Below, piece after piece: positions 58,063-64,000 of a DNA stretch of 64,000 nt. The DNA is taken from assembly GCA_964519245.1 (NCBI GenBank), contig CAZFLK010000008.1, positions 5,854 through 69,853 on the forward strand. The letters are read 5' to 3'. Below the pieces are notes generated by a model, which ran no database searches, was not told the origin of the DNA, and was given only the letters and a program-made list of their open reading frames with translations. The position numbers were made by a program, and so were the translations under genes. The stretch's first letter is position 1, and the number at the start of each line of letters is the position of its first letter. This stretch comes from an uncultured Verrucomicrobiota bacterium. Lineage in GTDB: Bacteria; Verrucomicrobiota; Verrucomicrobiia; Limisphaerales; JAYPEY01.

Positions 58063-60354
58063 TTGCACCCGCGTTACACACGACTGACCAGCGACGGCCA
58101 GCCTCCGGACGCGAATCCAACTTGGGCAGGCGTTGTGAATCACTCCACCGGATTCGATCTCATCTTTACGCGGGAGGACCTCCAGGCGGCCCTATTCGTG
58201 TCGTTGCTGACGGCCTGCCTCATCGTCGCGCTGCTGGTTTTTCTGAACCGCTTCGTGCAGCGGCGGTATTTCACGATCTGGACGGTGGCGTGGGTGTTCT
58301 ACGCGCTTTGGCTGCTGTTCAACTATCGACTGCTGGACGACCGGGCTGACGCGCTTGCCTTTGTCGTGAAGCAATGCTGCGTGGGCATCTCCGCGGTGTT
58401 TCTCTTATGGGGAAGCGCCGAGTTTCTGAGAACCAAGGCGAGGCCGGGGGTGCTGGGGCTCTTCATCGTGTTTCTGGTCGTCTGGAGCTGCATCGGAGCC
58501 TTCCACCTGGACAACCCGTTCGAGTTCCAGGTCCCGTTGTTCTCGCTGATCGGCGTCACCAGTCTGCTGACCTCCTGGTGCTACTTTCACAATCACAAGG
58601 AGAACCGTTGCCTCGGCGCGGCGATGCTCGCCTTCGGGTTCCTGTTGTGGGGATTCTATCTGATCGCGTTTCCGTTTTTCCGGGCCGCCGAGCAGTTGAG
58701 CTCCGTGTTCCTGATATCCATTGTGCTGCATCTCCTGATCGCGATCAGCATGATTGTGCTGGTCCTGGAGGAAGAAACCGCCGCCGTTCGAAAGGCCAAC
58801 GCGACCCTGGATGAGAGCGCCTCGGAAACCCAACAGTTCCGGACCCGCGCCCGGTCTGTGGAGCGCCGCTTCCGCCACCTGTTCGAGCAGGCCGGCGAGG
58901 CGATTGTCGTCGTTTCCGACCGCGACTTCTCCATCATCGAGCTGAACCAGAAGGCGCGCGACATGCTGGGCCTTGAAAAGTTGGGGGTGGACCGCATCCC
59001 GCTGGCGCGGTTTCTCGAGCTGCAGCTGCCCGATCCGCCGCCGGTCACGGGGACAGACTGGTTCAATCTGCTCGCCAAGCAGCCATCGGTGAATGTGCGT
59101 CGTCGCGATGGGCAGAGCAGACGAGCCACGCTGGTCGGTTCGGAGATTCAACTGGAGCAGCGCACGGCCTACCAAATTGTCCTGCAGGACCTGACCGACA
59201 AGTCCCGGCTGGAGCAGCAACTGCGGCAGGCCGAGAAGCTTTCCGCGCTGGGCCAGATGATCTCCGGGGTCGCCCACGAACTGAACAACCCGCTTACCGC
59301 GATCCGGGGTTACCTGGAACTGATTCTCGCCAAGCATGACCTGGCAGAGGTCACCCGGTCCAACCTGGAGAAGGTGGCGATTGAAAGCGAGCGCGCCGCC
59401 AAGTTGGTCACGCAGTTCCTCCATTTTGCCCGTGAACGCAAGGCCCGCCGGGAGATGAGCGATCTGAATGACATTATCCGCCGGACTCTGGAGCTGCGGG
59501 AGTTCGAGTTTCGGGTGGCTTCGCTCAAGGTTGAGCTTGATCTGGATGAGAAGGCGCCGCGCACCTTCCTGGATCCCGACCAGGCCCAGCAGATCCTGCA
59601 CAATCTGATCACGAACGCCCTGCATGCCATGATTAACAGTCATCCTCCGCATCGACTCGGAGTTCGCAGCTTTGTCGAGAACGGCTGCGTCGCGGTCGAA
59701 GTGGCGGATGACGGACCCGGCATTCCGGAGGAACAGCTCTCCCAGATTTTCGAGCCGTTCTACACGACCAAGGAGGTCGGAACGGGCACGGGTCTCGGGC
59801 TCTCAATCGCGCACAGCATCATGGTGGATCACAAAGGTCGGATCGAGTGCCGCAATGCTGAGGAGGGGGGCGCCGTGTTCACCCTCCGGTTTCCCATTGT
59901 CAGCGAGGTCGACGGAGAGGAAACGACCGTCCTTTTTAACTCCGCCGAATTCAGGGATTCGCAGCCCGTGAAAACCGTCGCCGAAACGCTTGTGCTTGAT
60001 GACGAACCGGCGATTGCGGACATGCTGGGGGAAATGATCGACGTGTTGGGCCACAAGGCGACACTCTGCAATTCGCCCCGCAAGGCGCTTGAACTGCTTC
60101 GCGAGAAAGACTTCGACGTCATTCTGTCCGATTTCCGCATGCCCGAGATGAACGGCGAGGAGTTCCATTCGGAAACTCGCAGGATCAAACCCTCCCTGGC
60201 GGAGCGGATCATTTTCATCAGCGGCGATGTGGTGAACGAGAAGACGCAGTCGTTTCTCAAGTCAACGGGCAATCTGAAGATCGACAAGCCCTTCAAGCTC
60301 AACGCGGTTCGCGACGCCATCAATTCGGCGCTCAAGGCGAACGGCGGCGGCTGA
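58063..60354 (+). CDS. hybrid sensor histidine kinase/response regulator with a multi-TM N-terminal sensor
   Basis: About 6 hydrophobic segments, a PAS-like region, the HisKA H-box SGVAHELNNPLTAI, HATPase_c (DDGPGIPEE, GTGTGLGLSI), and a C-terminal receiver (LVLDDEPAIADML, DVILSDFRMPEMNG). The start is uncertain: TTG at 58063, alternative GTG near 58135. Confidence 0.85.
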   Translation: MHPRYTRLTSDGQPPDANPTWAGVVNHSTGFDLIFTREDLQAALFVSLLTACLIVALLVFLNRFVQRRYFTIWTVAWVFYALWLLFNYRLLDDRADALAFVVKQCCVGISAVFLLWGSAEFLRTKARPGVLGLFIVFLVVWSCIGAFHLDNPFEFQVPLFSLIGVTSLLTSWCYFHNHKENRCLGAAMLAFGFLLWGFYLIAFPFFRAAEQLSSVFLISIVLHLLIAISMIVLVLEEETAAVRKANATLDESASETQQFRTRARSVERRFRHLFEQAGEAIVVVSDRDFSIIELNQKARDMLGLEKLGVDRIPLARFLELQLPDPPPVTGTDWFNLLAKQPSVNVRRRDGQSRRATLVGSEIQLEQRTAYQIVLQDLTDKSRLEQQLRQAEKLSALGQMISGVAHELNNPLTAIRGYLELILAKHDLAEVTRSNLEKVAIESERAAKLVTQFLHFARERKARREMSDLNDIIRRTLELREFEFRVASLKVELDLDEKAPRTFLDPDQAQQILHNLITNALHAMINSHPPHRLGVRSFVENGCVAVEVADDGPGIPEEQLSQIFEPFYTTKEVGTGTGLGLSIAHSIMVDHKGRIECRNAEEGGAVFTLRFPIVSEVDGEETTVLFNSAEFRDSQPVKTVAETLVLDDEPAIADMLGEMIDVLGHKATLCNSPRKALELLREKDFDVILSDFRMPEMNGEEFHSETRRIKPSLAERIIFISGDVVNEKTQSFLKSTGNLKIDKPFKLNAVRDAINSALKANGGG

Positions 60355-60374
60355 CAACGCCCGCTGCGACCGTC

Positions 60375-61157
60375 ATGGAACCCTGGCAGTATGCTCTCCT
60401 CGCCGTCGTCGGCTGTATTGGCGGCATCCTGAATGTGCTCGCGGGCGGCGGCTCGCTGCTGATGATGCCGACACTGGTGCTGCTCGGCGTCGAGGGGCCG
60501 ATCGCCAACGGCACCTCCCGGGTCGCCGTGGTCGCCCAGAACCTGAGCGCCATCGCGGGCTTTCGAAACAAGGGATTCTCGGATTTCCGACTGAGTTTGA
60601 CGCTGGCGGCCTGCGCCGTTCCGGGCGGCGTCGCGGGAGCCCTGGCGGGGGTTCGACTCGAGGGCGCCTGGTTCAACCGGGTTCTCGCCGCCATCATGAT
60701 CGGCGTCATGGTCCTCATGGCCGCGGAGAAGAAGAACCGGACGAAAGCCGCGGCGGACAAGTCGGATTCGGAGGCTGCGAGCCCCAATGGCGTCCCGGAA
60801 TCCGGGCGCACGGTTGCGGCGCATCTGCTGATGGTCGCCATCGGCTTCTACGGCGGGTTCATTCAGGCCGGGGTTGGTTTCCTGCTCATGCCCGTCCTGC
60901 ACAAGGTTCTCGGGCTGGATCTCGTGCGGACGAACATGCACAAGGTCTTCATTGTCGCCGGCTACATGATTCCCGCCCTGATTGTCTACGCCGTGAACGA
61001 CAAGGTCCTCTGGACCCTGGGTCTGGTTCTGGCTGTCGGAACGGCCTTGGGCGGGTGGATCGGATCCCACCTTGCGGTCAGGAAGGGGGACCCCTTCATT
61101 CGAATCGTGCTGAATGTCACCCTCGCGGCCCTGGTGGTGAAATTGTTGTGGCTGTGA
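60375..61157 (+). CDS. TauE/SafE-family sulfite/anion exporter (DUF81)
   Basis: LAVVGCIGGILNVLAGGGSLLMMPTLVLLGV and a repeated half (GFYGGFIQAGVGFLLMPVL). About 8 TM segments. Confidence 0.8.
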   Translation: MEPWQYALLAVVGCIGGILNVLAGGGSLLMMPTLVLLGVEGPIANGTSRVAVVAQNLSAIAGFRNKGFSDFRLSLTLAACAVPGGVAGALAGVRLEGAWFNRVLAAIMIGVMVLMAAEKKNRTKAAADKSDSEAASPNGVPESGRTVAAHLLMVAIGFYGGFIQAGVGFLLMPVLHKVLGLDLVRTNMHKVFIVAGYMIPALIVYAVNDKVLWTLGLVLAVGTALGGWIGSHLAVRKGDPFIRIVLNVTLAALVVKLLWL

Positions 61158-61328
61158 CGGCCCCGGAAAACCCGACCGCCTCGGGTTCTCCCACGCCTCC
61201 GCAACCCGCCTTTGACACAGGGCAAATTTGCCCTGCTTCCCGCCAACATCGACATGGCGAACCGTTCGCGAAGGCTGCTTGACTTGCTGTTCGAACCAGC
61301 CACGCCCACAATCCAGCAAGGTCTCCAC

Positions 61329-63410
61329 ATGAAATCACACCCCGCCAATGAACTCAGAAACTTCGCCGTCGTCGGACACGCCGCATCAGGCAAGACCGTG
61401 CTTTGCGATGCCATGCTGTTCAATTGCGGCGCGATCAACCGCATCGGCTCGATCGCCGATGGAACCACCACGTCGGACTACCATCCCATCGAGAAGGAGC
61501 GCGGCAATTCTGTTCACGCGACGCCGCTGCATGCCGAGTGGAAGGATCGCAAGCTGAACCTGATCGACACCCCCGGTTACCTCGACTTCAACCCCGAGGC
61601 GCTCGGCTGCATGATCGCCTGCGACTTCGCCATGATCGTCGTCAGCGCTCATGACGGCGTGCAGGTCGGGGCGGATATCGTCTGGGACTTCGCCACGCGG
61701 TTTGGCATCCCCAAGCTCATCGTCCTGAATCACATGGACTACGAGGAGGCGGATTTCGAACTCGTCGTCGAGGAGATCCGCGAGCATTTCGGCGAGCGCG
61801 TGTTTCCGATCACCATTCCGCAGAACCCAGGCCCCGGATTCAACCAGGTTCTCGATGTTGTGGAACGGCAGCTGATCACCTACGCAACCGACGGGAGCGG
61901 GAAATCCACCGCCGCCGAACCCGAAGGCGACCTGAAACGCTTGTCGGATGAGCAGCACGCGAGGTTCATCGAGTGCGTCGCCGAATCGGATGAGTCCCTG
62001 ATCGAAAAGTTCTTTGACCAGGGCGGCCTGTCCGACGACGAGATGCATTCCGGCATGCACCGGGGATTCCAGGAGCAATCCTATATTCCGCTCTACGTCA
62101 CCTCGGCGACGAACAACATCGGCGTGACGGCTGTTCTGGATTTCGTCGCCCGGTTCGGCTCTTCGCCGATCGACCGGAAGACGGTCGCCGGCAAGGATGC
62201 GGACGGCGCGGACATCGAGGTCTCGATCGACGACGACGAGCCCTCGGCGCTTGTGTTCAAGATGATTCACGAGGACCAGGTTGGCGAGCTGTCGCTGTTC
62301 CGCGTTTATTCCGGGCGGATCAAGTCGGGCGATGAGTTGAAGAATGCGGCGACCGGCCACAGCGAGCGCATTGGCCAGATGTGCCTGCTCAACGGCCGGA
62401 ATCGCGAGTCGGTGGACTCCCTCGGCGCGGGCGACATCGGCGCCGTAGTGAAGCTGAAGCACACGCATACGGGCAATTCGCTTTGTTCACCCGCCCGCGT
62501 GGTCAGGCTGCCCGAGGTCGAGTATCCGAAGCCGAACATTCACTCGGCGATCCGGTCAAGATCACGCGGCGACGAGGACAAGGTCGCCGAGGGTCTCGCG
62601 ATGCTTCACGAGGAGGACCCGACATTTCTGCACCACGTCGATTCCGAGTTGCGCCAAACCGTCATCTCCGGCCAGGGCGAACTCCACATGCAGGTGGTGT
62701 GCGATCAGTTGAAGCGGCGGTTCAACGTGGAGATTGACCTGGTCGAACCCAGGATCCCGTATCGCGAGACCATCCGTTCGAGCGGAGAGTCCCGCTATCG
62801 TCACAAGAAGCAATCCGGTGGCGCGGGACAGTTCGCCGAAGTCTGGATGCGCATAGAGCCGGCGGAAAGGGACACGGGCATCGAATTCAAGGAGTCGCTT
62901 GTCGGACAGAACGTGGACCGCGTATTTGTGCCGTCGGTGGAGAAGGGCGTCCAAGCCGCCTGCGCGGAAGGCATCCTCGCAGGCTACCGGGTGGTCGATG
63001 TGAAAATTGTTTTCTACGACGGGAAGATGCACCCGGTCGATTCCAAGGATGTCGCCTTCCAGATCGCGGGCAAGCACGCGTTTCAGGAGGCGTTCCAGCA
63101 AGCGCGTCCGCTCCTGCTTGAGCCGATCTACGAGATAGCCGTGCGTATTCCCGAGGCCTTCATGGGCAATGTCATGGGCGACATATCGGGCCGTCGCGGC
63201 AAAATTCTGGGCATGGACACCGAGGGCAAACTCCAGACGCTCAGGGCGCACGTGCCTCAACGGGAGTTGTTCCACTATTCGACCGTGCTGCGTTCACTCA
63301 CCGGCGGCCGCGGATTGCACGAGGAAAACTTCAGCCACTACGAGGAAATGCCCCACGACATCGCCGCGAAGGTCATCGCGGCGCACAAACAGATGGGCCA
63401 AGCAGACTGA
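61329..63410 (+). CDS. elongation factor G paralog (EF-G-like translational GTPase)
   Basis: The ATG at 61329. G1 AVVGHAASGKT, G3 LIDTPGYLDF, G4 position reads NHMD. EF-G domains II-V are recognisable (VFKMIHEDQVGELSLFRVYSG, YRETI, HKKQSGGAGQFA, LEPIYEIAVRIPE). It is not in an rpsL-rpsG-fusA-tuf context. Confidence 0.85.
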   Translation: MKSHPANELRNFAVVGHAASGKTVLCDAMLFNCGAINRIGSIADGTTTSDYHPIEKERGNSVHATPLHAEWKDRKLNLIDTPGYLDFNPEALGCMIACDFAMIVVSAHDGVQVGADIVWDFATRFGIPKLIVLNHMDYEEADFELVVEEIREHFGERVFPITIPQNPGPGFNQVLDVVERQLITYATDGSGKSTAAEPEGDLKRLSDEQHARFIECVAESDESLIEKFFDQGGLSDDEMHSGMHRGFQEQSYIPLYVTSATNNIGVTAVLDFVARFGSSPIDRKTVAGKDADGADIEVSIDDDEPSALVFKMIHEDQVGELSLFRVYSGRIKSGDELKNAATGHSERIGQMCLLNGRNRESVDSLGAGDIGAVVKLKHTHTGNSLCSPARVVRLPEVEYPKPNIHSAIRSRSRGDEDKVAEGLAMLHEEDPTFLHHVDSELRQTVISGQGELHMQVVCDQLKRRFNVEIDLVEPRIPYRETIRSSGESRYRHKKQSGGAGQFAEVWMRIEPAERDTGIEFKESLVGQNVDRVFVPSVEKGVQAACAEGILAGYRVVDVKIVFYDGKMHPVDSKDVAFQIAGKHAFQEAFQQARPLLLEPIYEIAVRIPEAFMGNVMGDISGRRGKILGMDTEGKLQTLRAHVPQRELFHYSTVLRSLTGGRGLHEENFSHYEEMPHDIAAKVIAAHKQMGQAD

Positions 63411-63474
63411 GTCAGATCATCACGCGAATCGTGGGAGCCGAGCGGCGAAGGATCCCTATTGCGGGCGGCGGCCG

Positions 63475-64000
63475 CTACCGGACCACGCTTACCTTGAGCG
63501 GATCCGCGTAGTCATTCCAATGACGTTCCGATTCCTCGGCTGCGACGGGTCCGTCGTGGATGTAGAAACGAAAGCGTGAAACGTATTCCTCATTGGGTTT
63601 GATCTCAAACTCCCCTTCGGCCATGGGCGCAAAGCAGAAATAGGGTTTCGAGGGGTGCAGTCGCACGGTTTGCGGCGCTCGAAAGTTGTCCGGGTGTCCC
63701 ATTGCGGTAATGCCGGCCGGGGCGCCGTCGATTTCTCCGTGCATTTCAACCCAACGCGCTTCGGTGGCGTTGCCGTCGATCCAATTCTTTCCCTCACTGG
63801 TGAGGAAGTCGCGCTTGACCGGGATCTTCGCCAGTTCCTCGGGGGAGGTCTCGGCCTTCTTCCTGGTCTTGGCCTTGATCTCCTCGGCTATCTCCGAGTC
63901 GAACCATTGGTCCGTTCCCCGGATCGCCATCGCTCCATAGTGATACTCCTTGATGACCAGCGGCCAGACGGAGACGTTCCGCTGACGGGAATAGAGGTCC
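63475..64000 (-). CDS. PmoA-family (DUF6807-like) protein, C-terminal part (gene continues beyond the window end)
   Basis: The frame stays open from 63930 to base 64000 (DLYSRQRNVSVWPLVIKEYHYGAMAIRG...). NFRAPQTVRLHPSKPYFCFAP and RFRFYIHDG resemble PmoA-family proteins common in PVC genomes. Confidence 0.45.
   Translation of the reverse strand, partial: DLYSRQRNVSVWPLVIKEYHYGAMAIRGTDQWFDSEIAEEIKAKTRKKAETSPEELAKIPVKRDFLTSEGKNWIDGNATEARWVEMHGEIDGAPAGITAMGHPDNFRAPQTVRLHPSKPYFCFAPMAEGEFEIKPNEEYVSRFRFYIHDGPVAAEESERHWNDYADPLKVSVVR

Noticed and set aside
59829-61328. 499-aa minus-strand ORF
   Set aside because: It is antisense to the histidine kinase 3' end and the TauE exporter. No motifs.

Overview
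This is a GC-rich (about 60% by eye), gene-dense chromosomal window. The gene content points to the PVC superphylum (Verrucomicrobiota or Planctomycetota): DUF1592-family/DUF1552 pairs, several formylglycine-type sulfatases, a PQQ-like propeller, proteins with planctomycete-type CxxCH motifs, an ECF sigma/FecR pair and a BNR sialidase. I support about 45 protein-coding genes. I recognised no rRNA, tRNA, CRISPR array, transposase, integrase or prophage genes.

Layout from left to right:
- 380-3666: a pair of M16 peptidases, one with an intact HxxEH motif and one degenerate.
- 3858-9271: a deoxyhypusine-synthase-like gene, a NagB-like gene, a sulfatase, and a MoxR ATPase coupled to a SAM methyltransferase.
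- 9434-16849: ECF sigma, FecR anti-sigma and a LuxR-type HTH solo, followed by a cytochrome-c/cupredoxin-like protein and a DUF1592-family + DUF1552 pair.
- 17109-31531: a 14-kb same-strand block of signal-peptide-bearing enzymes (PQQ-like propeller, two sulfatases, two propeller proteins carrying CxxCH motifs, DUF3604).
- 33282-42160: an MdtABC-like adaptor + two-RND-pump operon with a ParE-type toxin-antitoxin pair wedged between the pumps.
- 42242-48553: an orphan DUF1552, a sialidase, an SGNH-like protein and two oxidoreductases.
- 48834-64000: housekeeping genes (lnt, an aminotransferase, clpX, clpP, a hybrid histidine kinase, a TauE exporter, an EF-G paralog).

The most notable observation is a ~70-aa basic C-terminal module that I cannot assign to a named domain. 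It is shared by three consecutive secreted enzymes whose catalytic domains are unrelated. A truncated ParE toxin remnant abuts one copy.

Other observations:
- A ~190-aa hydrophobic insertion in one RND pump.
- Three structured palindromic or heptamer-repeat intergenic elements.
- A ~30% GC non-coding island upstream of lnt.
- A sulfatase with CTVSR instead of CxPxR.
- An EF-G paralog with NHMD instead of NKxD.

All family calls come from motif and architecture recognition by eye. No database search was run.
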